Positions 30,001 through 45,751 are shown, numbered from the stretch's first letter. The stretch: DNA of 64,000 bases from Nemertoderma westbladi (GCA_032718475.1 JAUCBJ010007253.1:124001-188000), one strand, 5' to 3'. Translations and numbers: made by a program. The notes: a model not told the origin generated them from the sequence alone.

Positions 30001-33000
30001 TGAGTTGGCTATTTTATTGTAGTAATAAAAACTAACCTGGTATCCTTTTGATTTGTATAGTTTTTTGTATTAATATAAACTAAACTTCTTCTGAGTTGGC
30101 TATTTTATTGTAGTAATAAAAACTAACCTGGTATCCTTTTGATTTGGATAGTTTTTTGTATTAATATAAACTAAACTTCTTCTGAGTTGGCTATTTTATT
30201 GTAGTAATAAAAACTAACCTGGTATCCTTTTGATTTGGATAGTTTTTTGTATTAATATAAACTAAACTTCTTCTGAGTTGGCTAATTTGTTGTAGTAATA
30301 AAAACTAACCTGATATCCTTTTGATTTGTATAGTTTTTTGTATTAATATAAACTAAACTTCTTCTGAGTTGGCTATTTTATTGTAGTAATAAAAACTAAC
30401 CTGATATCTTTTGATTTGGATAGTTTTTTGTAGTAATATAAACTAAACTTCTTTTGAGTTGGCTATTTTATTGTAGTAATAAAAACTAACCTGGTATCCT
30501 TTTGATTTGGATAGTTTTTTGTATTAATATAAACTAAACTTCTTCTGAGTTGGCTATTTTGTTGTAGTAATAAAAACTAACCTGATATCTTTTGATTTGG
30601 ATAGTTTTTTGTATTAATATAAACTAAACTTCTTCTGAGTTGGCTATTTTATTGTAGTAATAAAAACTAACCTGGTATCCTTTTGATTTGGATAGTTTTT
30701 TGTATTAATATAAACTAAACTTCTTCTGAGTTGGCTATTTTGTTGTAGTAATAAAAACTAACCTGATATCTTTTGATTTGGATAGTTTTTTGTAGTAATA
30801 TAAACTAAACTTCTTCTGAGTTGGCTATTTCGTTGTAGTAATAAAAACTAACCTGGTATCCTTTTGATTTGGATAGTTTTTTGTATTAATATAAACTAAA
30901 CTTCTTCTGAGTTGGCTATTTTGTTGTAGTAATAAAAACTAACCTGATATCTTTTGATTTGAATAGTTTTTTGTATTAATATAAACTAAACTTCTTCTGA
31001 GTTGGCTATTTCGTTGTAGTAATAAAAACTAACCTGATATCTTTTGATTTGGATAGTTTTTTGTATTAATATAAACTAAACTTCTTCTGAGTTGGCTATT
31101 TTGTTGTAGTAATAAAAACTAACCTGATATCTTTTGATTTGAATAGTTTTTTGTATTAATATAAACTAAACTTCTTCTGAGTTGGCTATTTTGTTGTAGT
31201 AATAAAAACTAACCTGATATCCTTTTGATTTGTATAGTTTTTTGTATTAATATAAACTAAACTTCTTCTGAGTTGGCTATTTTATTGTAGTAATAAAAAC
31301 TAACCTGGTATCCTTTTGATTTGGATAGTTTTTTGTATTAATATAAACTAAACTTCTTCTGAGTTGGCTATTTCGTTGTAGTAATAAAAACTAACCTGGT
31401 ATCCTTTTGATTTGGATAGTTTTTTGTATTAATATAAACTAAACTTCTTCTGAGTTGGCTATTTTGTTGTAGTAATAAAAACTAACCTGATATCTTTTGA
31501 TTTGAATAGTTTTTTGTATTAATATAAACTAAACTTCTTCTGAGTTGGCTATTTTATTGTAGTAATAAAAACTAACCTGATATCCTTTTGATTTGTATAG
31601 TTTTTTGTAGTAATATAAACTAAACTTCTTTTGAGTTGGCTATTTTGTTGTAGTAATAAAAACTAACCTGGTATCCTTTTGATTTGGATAGTTTTTTGTA
31701 TTAATATAAACTAAACTTCTTCTGAGTTGGCTATTTTATTGTAGTAATAAAAACTAACCTGGTATCCTTTTGATTTGGATAGTTTTTTGTATTAATATAA
31801 ACTAAACTTCTTCTGAGTTGGCTATTTTGTTGTAGTAATAAAAACTAACCTGGTATCCTTTTGATTTGGATAGTTTTTTGTATTAATATAAACTAAACTT
31901 CTTCTGAGTTGGCTATTTTATTGTAGTAATAAAAACTAACCTGGTATCCTTTTGATTTGTATAGTTTTTTGTATTAATATAAACTAAACTTCTTCTGAGT
32001 TGGCTATTTTGTTGTAGTAATAAAAACTAACCTGGTATCCTTTTGATTTGGATAGTTTTTTGTATTAATATAAACTAAACTTCTTCTGAGTTGGCTATTT
32101 TATTGTAGTAATAAAAACTAACCTGGTATCCTTTTGATTTGGATAGTTTTTTGTATTAATATAAACTAAACTTCTTCTGAGTTGGCTATTTTATTGTAGT
32201 AATAAAAACTAACCTGGTATCCTTTTGATTTGGATAGTTTTTTGTATTAATATAAACTAAACTTCTTTTGAGTTGGCTATTTTGTTGTAGTAATAAAAAC
32301 TAACCTGATATCTTTTGATTTGGATAGTTTTTTGTAGTAATATAAACTAAACTTCTTCTGAGTTGGCTATTTTGTTGTAGTAATAAAAACTAACCTGATA
32401 TCCTTTTGATTTGTATAGTTTTTTGTATTAATATAAACTAAACTTCTTCTGAGTTGGTTATTTCGTTGTAGTAATAAAAACTAACCTGGTATCCTTTTGA
32501 TTTGGATAGTTTTTTGTATTAATATAAACTAAACTTCTTCTGAGTTGGCTATTTTATTGTAGTAATAAAAACTAACCTGATATCCTTTTGATTTGGATAG
32601 TTTTTTGTATTAATATAAACTAAACTTCTTCTGAGTTGGCTATTTTGTTGTAGTAATAAAAACTAACCTGATATCCTTTTGATTTGGATAGTTTTTTGTA
32701 TTAATATAAACTAAACTTCTTCTGAGTTGGCTATTTTGTTGTAGTAATAAAAACTAACCTGATATCCTTTTGATTTGGATAGTTTTTTGTAGTAATATAA
32801 ACTAAACTTCTTCTGAGTTGGCTATTTTATTGTAGTAATAAAAACTAACCTGGTATCCTTTTGATTTGGATAGTTTTTTGTAGTAATATAAACTAAACTT
32901 CTTCTGAGTTGGTTATTTTGTTGTAGTAATAAAAACTAACCTGATATCTTTTGATTTGGATAGTTTTTTGTAGTAATATAAACTAAACTTCTTTTGAGTT

Positions 33001-36000
33001 GGCTATTTTGTTGTAGTAATAAAAACTAACCTGGTATCTTTTGATTTGGATAGTTTTTTGTAGTAATATAAACTAAACTTCTTTTGAGTTGGCTATTTTG
33101 TTGTAGTAATAAAAACTAACCTGGTATCTTTTGATTTGGATAGTTTTTTGTAGTAATATAAACTAAACTTCTTTTGAGTTGGCTATTTTGTTGTAGTAAT
33201 AAAAACTAACCTGGTATCTTTTGATTTGGATAGTTTTTTGTAGTAATATAAACTAAACTTCTTTTGAGTTGGCTATTTTGTTGTAGTAATAAAAACTAAC
33301 CTGGTATCTTTTGATTTGGATAGTTTTTTGTAGTAATATAAACTAAACTTCTTTTGAGTTGGCTATTTTGTTGTAGTAATAAAAACTAACCTGATATCTT
33401 TTGATTTGGATAGTTTTTTGTAGTAATATAAACTAAACTTCTTTTGAGTTGGCTATTTTGTTGTAGTAATAAAAACTAACCTGGTATCTTTTGATTTGGA
33501 TAGTTTTTTGTAGTAATATAAACTAAACTTCTTTTGAGTTGGCTATTTTGTTGTAGTAATAAAAACTAACCTGGTATCCTTTTGATTTGGATAGTTTTTT
33601 GTAGTAATATAAACTAAACTTCTTTTGAGTTGGCTATTTTGTTGTAGTAATAAAAACTAACCTGATATCTTTTGATTTGGATAGTTTTTTGTAGTAATAT
33701 AAACTAAACTTCTTCTGAGTTGGCTATTTTATTGTAGTAATAAAAACTAACCTGATATCCTTTTGATTTGGATAGTTTTTTGTATTAATATAAACTAAAC
33801 TTCTTCTGAGTTGGCTATTTTATTGTAGTAATAAAAACTAACCTGATATCTTTTGATTTGAATAGTTTTTTGTATTAATATAAACTAAACTTCTTCTGAG
33901 TTGGCTATTTTATTGTAGTAATAAAAACTAACCTGGTATCCTTTTGATTTGGATAGTTTTTTGTATTAATATAAACTAAACTTCTTCTGAGTTGGCTATT
34001 TCGTTGTAGTAATAAAAACTAACCTGGTATCCTTTTGATTTGGATAGTTTTTTGTATTAATATAAACTAAACTTCTTCTGAGTTGGCTATTTTATTGTAG
34101 TAATAAAAACTAACCTGGTATCCTTTTGATTTGGATAGTTTTTTGTATTAATATAAACTAAACTTCTTCTGAGTTGGCTATTTTGTTGTAGTAATAAAAA
34201 CTAACCTGGTATCCTTTTGATTTGGATAGTTTTTTGTATTAATATAAACTAAACTTCTTCTGAGTTGGCTATTTTATTGTAGTAATAAAAACTAACCTGG
34301 TATCCTTTTGATTTGGATAGTTTTTTGTATTAATATAAACTAAACTTCTTCTGAGTTGGCTATTTTATTGTAGTAATAAAAACTAACCTGATATCCTTTT
34401 GATTTGGATAGTTTTTTGTATTAATATAAACTAAACTTCTTTTGAGTTGGCTATTTTGTTGTAGTAATAAAAACTAACCTGATATCTTTTGATTTGGATA
34501 GTTTTTTGTAGTAATATAAACTAAACTTCTTTTGAGTTGGCTATTTTGTTGTAGTAATAAAAACTAACCTGGTATCCTTTTGATTTGGATAGTTTTTTGT
34601 AGTAATATAAACTAAACTTCTTTTGAGTTGGCTATTTTGTTGTAGTAATAAAAACTAACCTGATATCTTTTGATTTGGATAGTTTTTTGTAGTAATATAA
34701 ACTAAACTTCTTCTGAGTTGGCTATTTTATTGTAGTAATAAAAACTAACCTGATATCCTTTTGATTTGGATAGTTTTTTGTATTAATATAAACTAAACTT
34801 CTTCTGAGTTGGCTATTTTATTGTAGTAATAAAAACTAACCTGATATCTTTTGATTTGAATAGTTTTTTGTATTAATATAAACTAAACTTCTTCTGAGTT
34901 GGCTATTTTATTGTAGTAATAAAAACTAACCTGGTATCCTTTTGATTTGGATAGTTTTTTGTATTAATATAAACTAAACTTCTTCTGAGTTGGCTATTTC
35001 GTTGTAGTAATAAAAACTAACCTGGTATCTTTTGATTTGGATAGTTTTTTGTATTAATATAAACTAAACTTCTTCTGAGTTGGCTATTTTATTGTAGTAA
35101 TAAAAACTAACCTGGTATCCTTTTGATTTGGATAGTTTTTTGTATTAATATAAACTAAACTTCTTCTGAGTTGGCTAATTTGTTGTAGTAATAAAAACTA
35201 ACCTGGTATCTTTTGATTTGGATAGTTTTTTGTAGTAATATAAACTAAACTTCTTCTGAGTTGGTTATTTTGTTGTAGTAATAAAAACTAACCTGATATC
35301 TTTTGATTTGGATAGTTTTTTGTAGTTATATAAACTAAACTTCTTCTGAGTTGGCTATTTTATTGTAGTAATAAAAACTAACCTGGTATCTTTTGATTTG
35401 GATAGTTTTTTGTAGTAATATAAACTAAACTTCTTCTGAGTTGGTTATTTTGTTGTAGTAATAAAAACTAACCTGATATCTTTTGATTTGGATAGTTTTT
35501 TGTAGTTATATAAACTAAACTTCTTCTGAGTTGGTTATTTTGTTGTAGTAATAAAAACTAACCTGATATCTTTTGATTTGGATAGTTTTTTGTAGTAATA
35601 TAAACTAAACTTCTTCTGAGTTGGTTATTTTGTTGTAGTAATAAAAACTAACCTGATATCTTTTGATTTGGATAGTTTTTTGTAGTAATATAAACTAAAC
35701 TTCTTCTGAGTTGGCTATTTTATTGTAGTAATAAAAACTAACCTGGTATCTTTTGATTTGGATAGTTTTTTGTAGTAATATAAACTAAACTTCTTCTGAG
35801 TTGGTTATTTTGTTGTAGTAATAAAAACTAACCTGATATCTTTTGATTTGGATAGTTTTTTGTAGTTATATAAACTAAACTTCTTCTGAGTTGGTTATTT
35901 TGTTGTAGTAATAAAAACTAACCTGATATCTTTTGATTTGGATAGTTTTTTGTAGTAATATAAACTAAACTTCTTCTGAGTTGGTTATTTTGTTGTAGTA

Positions 36001-39000
36001 ATAAAAACTAACCTGATATCTTTTGATTTGGATAGTTTTTTGTAGTTATATAAACTAAACTTCTTCTGGGTTGGCTATTTTGTTGTAGTAATAAAAACTA
36101 ACCTGATATCTTTTGATTTGGATAGTTTTTTGTATTAATATAAACTAAACTTCTTTTGAGTTGGCTAATTTATTGTAGTAATAAAAACTAACCTGATATC
36201 CTTTTGATTTGGATAGTTTTTTGTATTAATATAAACTAAACTTCTTCTGAGTTGGCTATTTTGTTGTAGTAATAAAAACTAACCTGATATCTTTTGATTT
36301 GGATAGTTTTTTGTAGTAATATAAACTAAACTTCTTTTGAGTTGGCTAATTTATTGTAGTAATAAAAACTAACCTGATATCCTTTTGATTTGGATAGTTT
36401 TTTGTATTAATATAAACTAAACTTCTTCTGAGTTGGCTATTTTGTTGTAGTAATAAAAACTAACCTGATATCTTTTGATTTGGATAGTTTTTTGTAGTAA
36501 TATAAACTAAACTTCTTTTGAGTTGGCTATTTCGTTGTAGTAATAAAAACTAACCTGATATCTTTTGATTTGGATAGTTTTTTGTATTAATATAAACTAA
36601 ACTTCTTCTGAGTTGGCTATTTTGTTGTAGTAATAAAAACTAACCTGGTATCCTTTTGATTTGGATAGTTTTTTGTATTAATATAAACTAAACTTCTTCT
36701 GAGTTGGCTATTTTATTGTAGTAATAAAAACTAACCTGATATCCTTTTGATTTGGATAGTTTTTTGTATTAATATAAACTAAACTTCTTCTGAGTTGGCT
36801 ATTTTGTTGTAGTAATAAAAACTAACCTGATATCTTTTGATTTGGATAGTTTTTTGTAGTAATATAAACTAAACTTCTTTTGAGTTGGCTATTTCGTTGT
36901 AGTAATAAAAACTAACCTGATATCTTTTGATTTGGATAGTTTTTTGTATTAATATAAACTAAACTTCTTCTGAGTTGGCTATTTTGTTGTAGTAATAAAA
37001 ACTAACCTGGTATCCTTTTGATTTGGATAGTTTTTTGTATTAATATAAACTAAACTTCTTCTGAGTTGGCTATTTTATTGTAGTAATAAAAACTAACCTG
37101 ATATCCTTTTGATTTGGATAGTTTTTTGTATTAATATAAACTAAACTTCTTCTGAGTTGGTTATTTTGTTGTAGTAATAAAAACTAACCTGATATCTTTT
37201 GATTTGGATAGTTTTTTGTATTAATATAAACTAAACTTCTTCTGAGTTGGTTATTTTGTTGTAGTAATAAAAACTAACCTGATATCTTTTGATTTGGATA
37301 GTTTTTTGTATTAATATAAACTAAACTTCTTCTGAGTTGGTTATTTTGTTGTAGTAATAAAAACTAACCTGATATCTTTTGATTTGGATAGTTTTTTGTA
37401 TTAATATAAACTAAACTTCTTCTGAGTTGGTTATTTTGTTATAGTAATAAAAACTAACCTGATATCTTTTGATTTGGATAGTTTTTTGTATTAATATAAA
37501 CTAAACTTCTTCTGAGTTGGCTATTTCGTTGTAGTAATAAAAACTAACCTGATATCTTTTTGATTTGAATAGTTTTTTGTATTAATATAAACTAAACTTC
37601 TTCTGAGTTGGCTATTTCGTTGTAGTAATAAAAACTAACCTGATATCTTTTGATTTGGATAGTTTTTTGTATTAATATAAACTAAACTTCTTCTGAGTTG
37701 GCTATTTTATTGTAGTAATAAAAACTAACCTGATATCCTTTTGATTTGGATAGTTTTTTGTATTAATATAAACTAAACTTCTTCTGAGTTGGCTATTTTA
37801 TTGTAGTAATAAAAACTAACCTGGTATCCTTTTGATTTGGATAGTGTTTTGTATTAATATAAACTAAACTTCTTCTGAGTTGGCTATTTTATTGTAGTAA
37901 TAAAAACTAACCTGGTATCCTTTTGATTTGGATAGTTTTTTGTATTAATATAAACTAAACTTCTTTTGAGTTGGCTATTTTGTTGTAGTAATAAAAACTA
38001 ACCTGGTATCCTTTTGATTTGGATAGTTTTTTGTATTAATATAAACTAAACTTCTTCTGAGTTGGCTATTTTATTGTAGTAATAAAAACTAACCTGATAT
38101 CCTTTTGATTTGGATAGTTTTTTGTATTAATATAAACTAAACTTCTTCTGAGTTGGCTATTTTATTGTAGTAATAAAAACTAACCTGATATCCTTTTGAT
38201 TTGGATAGTTTTTTGTATTAATATAAACTAAACTTCTTCTGAGTTGGCTATTTTGTTGTAGTAATAAAAACTAACCTGATATCTTTTGATTTGGATAGTT
38301 TTTTGTATTAATATAAACTAAACTTCTTCTGAGTTGGCTATTTTATTGTAGTAATAAAAACTAACCTGGTATCCTTTTGATTTGGATAGTTTTTTGTATT
38401 AATATAAACTAAACTTCTTCTGAGTTGGCTATTTCGTTGTAGTAATAAAAACTAACCTGGTATCTTTTGATTTGGATAGTTTTTTGTATTAATATAAACT
38501 AAACTTCTTCTGAGTTGGCTATTTTGTTGTAGTAATAAAAACTAACCTGATATCCTTTTGATTTGGATAGTTTTTTGTATTAATATAAACTAAACTTCTT
38601 CTGAGTTGGCTATTTTGTTGTAGTAATAAAAACTAACCTGATATCTTTTGATTTGGATAGTTTTTTGTAGTAATATAAACTAAACTTCTTTTGAGTTGGC
38701 TATTTCGTTGTAGTAATAAAAACTAACCTGATATCTTTTGATTTGGATAGTTTTTTGTATTAATATAAACTAAACTTCTTCTGAGTTGGCTATTTTATTG
38801 TAGTAATAAAAACTAACCTGATATCCTTTTGATTTGGATAGTTTTTTGTATTAATATAAACTAAACTTCTTCTGAGTTGGCTATTTTGTTGTAGTAATAA
38901 AAACTAACCTGATATCTTTTGATTTGGATAGTTTTTTGTAGTAATATAAACTAAACTTCTTTTGAGTTGGCTATTTCGTTGTAGTAATAAAAACTAACCT

Positions 39001-42000
39001 GATATCTTTTGATTTGGATAGTTTTTTGTATTAATATAAACTAAACTTCTTCTGAGTTGGCTATTTTATTGTAGTAATAAAAACTAACCTGATATCCTTT
39101 TGATTTGGATAGTTTTTTGTATTAATATAAACTAAACTTCTTCTGAGTTGGCTATTTTGTTGTAGTAATAAAAACTAACCTGATATCTTTTGATTTGGAT
39201 AGTTTTTTGTAGTAATATAAACTAAACTTCTTTTGAGTTGGCTATTTCGTTGTAGTAATAAAAACTAACCTGATATCTTTTGATTTGGATAGTTTTTTGT
39301 ATTAATATAAACTAAACTTCTTCTGAGTTGGCTATTTTATTGTAGTAATAAAAACTAACCTGGTATCCTTTTGATTTGGATAGTTTTTTGTATTAATATA
39401 AACTAAACTTCTTCTGAGTTGGCTATTTTATTGTAGTAATAAAAACTAACCTGATATCTTTTGATTTGGATAGTTTTTTGTAGTAATATAAACTAAACTT
39501 CTTTTGAGTTGGCTATTTCGTTGTAGTAATATAAACTAAACTTCTTCTGAGTTGGCTATTTTGTTGTAGTAATAAAAACTAACCTGATATCCTTTTGATT
39601 TGGATAGTTTTTTGTATTAATATAAACTAAACTTCTTCTGAGTTGGCTATTTTGTTGTAGTAATAAAAACTAACCTGATATCTTTTGATTTGGATAGTTT
39701 TTTGTAGTAATATAAACTAAACTTCTTTTGAGTTGGCTATTTCGTTGTAGTAATAAAAACTAACCTGATATCTTTTGATTTGGATAGTTTTTTGTATTAA
39801 TATAAACTAAACTTCTTCTGAGTTGGCTATTTTGTTGTAGTAATAAAAACTAACCTGGTATCTTTTGATTTGAATAGTTTTTTGTATTAATATAAACTAA
39901 ACTTCTTCTGAGTTGGCTATTTTGTTGTAGTAATATAAACTAAACTTCTTCTGAGTTGGCTAATTTGTTGTAGTAATAAAAACTAACCTGGTATCTTTTG
40001 ATTTGGATAGTTTTTTGTATTAATATAAACTAAACTTCTTCTGAGTTGGCTATTTTGTTGTAGTAATAAAAACTAACCTGGTATCTTTTGATTTGTATAG
40101 TTTTTTGTAGTAATATAAACTAAACTTCTTCTGAGTTGGCTATTTTGTTGTAGTAATAAAAACTAACCTGGTATCTTTTGATTTGGATAGTTTTTTGTAG
40201 TAATATAAACTAAACTTCTTCTGAGTTGGTTATTTCGTTGTAGTAATAAAAACTAACCTGGTATCTTTTGATTTGGATAGTTTTTTGTAGTAATATAAAC
40301 TAAACTTCTTCTGAGTTGGTTATTTCGTTGTAGTAATAAAAACTAACCTGGTATCTTTTGATTTGGATAGTTTTTTGTATTAATATAAACTAAACTTCTT
40401 CTGAGTTGGTTATTTCGTTGTAGTAATAAAAACTAACCTGGTATCTTTTGATTTGGATAGTTTTTTGTAGTAATATAAACTAAACTTCTTCTGAGTTGGT
40501 TATTTCGTTGTAGTAATAAAAACTAACCTGGTATCTTTTGATTTGGATAGTTTTTTGTATTAATATAAACTAAACTTCTTCTGAGTTGGCTATTTTGTTG
40601 TAGTAATAAAAACTAACCTGATATCTTTTGATTTGTATAGTTTTTTGTATTAATATAAACTAAACTTCTTCTGAGTTGGCTATTTTGTTGTAGTAATAAA
40701 AACTAACCTGATATCTTTTGATTTGGATAGTTTTTTGTATTAATATAAACTAAACTTCTTCTGAGTTGGCTATTTTGTTGTAGTAATAAAAACTAACCTG
40801 ATATCTTTTGATTTGGATAGTTTTTTGTAGTAATATAAACTAAACTTCTTTTGAGTTGGCTATTTCGTTGTAGTAATAAAAACTAACCTGATATCTTTTG
40901 ATTTGGATAGTTTTTTGTATTAATATAAACTAAACTTCTTCTGAGTTGGCTATTTTATTGTAGTAATAAAAACTAACCTGATATCCTTTTGATTTGGATA
41001 GTTTTTTGTATTAATATAAACTAAACTTCTTCTGAGTTGGCTATTTTGTTGTAGTAATAAAAACTAACCTGATATCTTTTGATTTGGATAGTTTTTTGTA
41101 GTAATATAAACTAAACTTCTTTTGAGTTGGCTATTTCGTTGTAGTAATAAAAACTAACCTGATATCTTTTGATTTGGATAGTTTTTTGTATTAATATAAA
41201 CTAAACTTCTTCTGAGTTGGCTATTTTATTGTAGTAATAAAAACTAACCTGGTATCCTTTTGATTTGGATAGTTTTTTGTATTAATATAAACTAAACTTC
41301 TTCTGAGTTGGCTATTTTGTTGTAGTAATAAAAACTAACCTGATATCCTTTTGATTTGGATAGTTTTTTGTATTAATATAAACTAAACTTCTTCTGAGTT
41401 GGCTATTTTGTTGTAGTAATAAAAACTAACCTGATATCTTTTGATTTGGATAGTTTTTTGTAGTAATATAAACTAACCTGGTATCCTTTTGATTTGGATA
41501 GTTTTTTGTATTAATATAAACTAAACTTCTTTTGAGTTGGCTATTTTATTGTAGTAATAAAAACTAACCTGGTATCCTTTTGATTTGGATAGTTTTTTGT
41601 ATTAATATAAACTAAACTTCTTCTGAGTTGGCTATTTTGTTGTAGTAATAAAAACTAACCTGATATCCTTTTGATTTGGATAGTTTTTTGTATTAATATA
41701 AACTAAACTTCTTCTGAGTTGGCTATTTTGTTGTAGTAATAAAAACTAACCTGATATCTTTTGATTTGGATAGTTTTTTGTAGTAATATAAACTAACCTG
41801 GTATCCTTTTGATTTGGATAGTTTTTTGTATTAATATAAACTAAACTTCTTTTGAGTTGGCTATTTTATTGTAGTAATAAAAACTAACCTGGTATCCTTT
41901 TGATTTGGATAGTTTTTTGTATTAATATAAACTAAACTTCTTTTGAGTTGGCTATTTTGTTGTAGTAATAAAAACTAACCTGATATCCTTTTGATTTGGA

Positions 42001-45000
42001 TAGTTTTTTGTATTAATATAAACTAAACTTCTTCTGAGTTGGCTATTTTGTTGTAGTAATAAAAACTAACCTGATATCTTTTGATTTGGATAGTTTTTTG
42101 TAGTAATATAAACTAAACTTCTTTTGAGTTGGCTATTTCGTTGTAGTAATAAAAACTAACCTGATATCTTTTGATTTGGATAGTTTTTTGTATTAATATA
42201 AACTAAACTTCTTCTGAGTTGGCTATTTTGTTGTAGTAATAAAAACTAACCTGGTATCTTTTGATTTGAATAGTTTTTTGTATTAATATAAACTAAACTT
42301 CTTCTGAGTTGGCTATTTTGTTGTAGTAATATAAACTAAACTTCTTCTGAGTTGGCTAATTTGTTGTAGTAATAAAAACTAACCTGGTATCTTTTGATTT
42401 GGATAGTTTTTTGTATTAATATAAACTAAACTTCTTCTGAGTTGGCTATTTTGTTGTAGTAATAAAAACTAACCTGGTATCTTTTGATTTGTATAGTTTT
42501 TTGTAGTAATATAAACTAAACTTCTTCTGAGTTGGCTATTTTGTTGTAGTAATAAAAACTAACCTGGTATCTTTTGATTTGGATAGTTTTTTGTAGTAAT
42601 ATAAACTAAACTTCTTCTGAGTTGGTTATTTCGTTGTAGTAATAAAAACTAACCTGGTATCTTTTGATTTGGATAGTTTTTTGTAGTAATATAAACTAAA
42701 CTTCTTCTGAGTTGGTTATTTCGTTGTAGTAATAAAAACTAACCTGGTATCTTTTGATTTGGATAGTTTTTTGTATTAATATAAACTAAACTTCTTCTGA
42801 GTTGGTTATTTCGTTGTAGTAATAAAAACTAACCTGGTATCTTTTGATTTGGATAGTTTTTTGTAGTAATATAAACTAAACTTCTTCTGAGTTGGTTATT
42901 TCGTTGTAGTAATAAAAACTAACCTGGTATCTTTTGATTTGGATAGTTTTTTGTATTAATATAAACTAAACTTCTTCTGAGTTGGCTATTTTGTTGTAGT
43001 AATAAAAACTAACCTGATATCTTTTGATTTGTATAGTTTTTTGTATTAATATAAACTAAACTTCTTCTGAGTTGGCTATTTTGTTGTAGTAATAAAAACT
43101 AACCTGATATCTTTTGATTTGTATAGTTTTTTGTATTAATATAAACTAAACTTCTTCTGAGTTGGCTATTTTGTTGTAGTAATAAAAACTAACCTGATAT
43201 CCTTTTGATTTGGATAGTTTTTTGTATTAATATAAACTAAACTTCTTCTGAGTTGGCTATTTTGTTGTAGTAATAAAAACTAACCTGATATCTTTTGATT
43301 TGTATAGTTTTTTGTATTAATATAAACTAAACTTCTTCTGAGTTGGCTATTTTGTTGTAGTAATAAAAACTAACCTGATATCTTTTGATTTGTATAGTTT
43401 TTTGTATTAATATAAACTAAACTTCTTCTGAGTTGGTTATTTCGTTGTAGTAATAAAAACTAACCTGGTATCTTTTGATTTGGATAGTTTTTTGTATTAA
43501 TATAAACTAAACTTCTTCTGAGTTGGCTATTTTGTTGTAGTAATAAAAACTAACCTGATATCCTTTTGATTTGGATAGTTTTTTGTATTAATATAAACTA
43601 AACTTCTTCTGAGTTGGCTATTTCGTTGTAGTAATAAAAACTAACCTGATATCTTTTGATTTGGATAGTTTTTTGTATTAATATAAACTAAACTTCTTCT
43701 GAGTTGGCTATTTTATTGTAGTAATAAAAACTAACCTGATATCCTTTTGATTTGGATAGTTTTTTGTATTAATATAAACTAAACTTCTTCTGAGTTGGTT
43801 ATTTTGTTGTAGTAATAAAAACTAACCTGATATCTTTTGATTTGGATAGTTTTTTGTATTAATATAAACTAAACTTCTTCTGAGTTGGCTATTTTGTTGT
43901 AGTAATAAAAACTAACCTGATATCCTTTTGATTTGGATAGTTTTTTGTATTAATATAAACTAAACTTCTTCTGAGTTGGCTATTTTGTTGTAGTAATAAA
44001 AACTAACCTGATATCTTTTGATTTGGATAGTTTTTTGTATTAATATAAACTAAACTTCTTCTGAGTTGGCTATTTTGTTGTAGTAATAAAAACTAACCTG
44101 ATATCCTTTTGATTTGGATAGTTTTTTGTATTAATATAAACTAAACTTCTTCTGAGTTGGCTATTTTGTTGTAGTAATAAAAACTAACCTGATATCTTTT
44201 GATTTGTATAGTTTTTTGTATTAATATAAACTAAACTTCTTCTGAGTTGGCTATTTTGTTGTAGTAATAAAAACTAACCTGATGTCTTTTGATTTGAATA
44301 GTTTTTTGTAGTAATATAAACTAAACTTCTTTTGAGTTGGCTATTTCGTTGTAGTAATAAAAACTAACCTGATATCTTTTGATTTGGATAGTTTTTTGTA
44401 GTAATATAAACTAAACTTCTTCTGAGTTGGCTATTTTATTGTAGTAATAAAAACGAACCTGATATCTTTTGATTTGGATAGTTTTTTGTAGTAATATAAA
44501 CTAAACTTCTTCTGAGTTGGCTATTTTGTTGTAGTAATAAAAACTAACCTGATGTCTTTTGATTTGAATAGTTTTTTGTAGTAATATAAACTAAACTTCT
44601 TTTGAGTTGGCTATTTCGTTGTAGTAATAAAAACTAACCTGATATCTTTTGATTTGAATAGTTTTTTGTAGTAATATAAACTAAACTTCTTCTGAGTTGG
44701 CTATTTTGTTGTAGTAATAAAAACTAACCTGATATCTTTTGATTTGGATAGTTTTTTGTAGTAATATAAACTAAACTTCTTTTGAGTTGGCTATTTCGTT
44801 GTAGTAATAAAAACTAACCTGATATCTTTTGATTTGAATAGTTTTTTGTAGTAATATAAACTAAACTTCTTCTGAGTTGGTTATTTCGTTGTAGTAATAA
44901 AAACTAACCTGATATCTTTTGATTTGGATAGTTTTTTGTATTAATATAAACTAAACTTCTTTTGAGTTGGCTATTTTGTTGTAGTAATAAAAACTAACCT

Positions 45001-45751
45001 GATATCTTTTGATTTGGATAGTTTTTTGTAGTAATATAAACTAAACTTCTTCTGAGTTGGCTATTTTGTTGTAGTAATAAAAACTAACCTGATATCTTTT
45101 GATTTGGATAGTTTTTTGTAGTAATATAAACTAAACTTCTTTTGAGTTGGCTATTTCGTTGTAGTAATAAAAACTAACCTGATATCTTTTGATTTGAATA
45201 GTTTTTTGTAGTAATATAAACTAAACTTCTTCTGAGTTGGTTATTTCGTTGTAGTAATAAAAACTAACCTGATATCTTTTGATTTGGATAGTTTTTTGTA
45301 TTAATATAAACTAAACTTCTTCTGAGTTGGCTATTTTGTTGTAGTAATAAAAACTAACCTGATATCTTTTGATTTGAATAGTTTTTTGTAGTAATATAAA
45401 CTAAACTTCTTCTGAGTTGGTTATTTCGTTGTAGTAATAAAAACTAACCTGATATCTTTTGATTTGGATAGTTTTTTGTATTAATATAAACTAAACTTCT
45501 TTTGAGTTGGCTATTTTGTTGTAGTAATAAAAACTAACCTGATATCTTTTGATTTGGATAGTTTTTTGTAGTAATATAAACTAAACTTCTTCTGAGTTGG
45601 CTATTTTGTTGTAGTAATAAAAACTAACCTGATATCTTTTGATTTGGATAGTTTTTTGTATTAATATAAACTAAACTTCTTTTGAGTTGGCTATTTCGTT
45701 GTAGTAATAAAAACTAACCTGATATCTTTTGATTTGATTAGTTTTTTGTAG

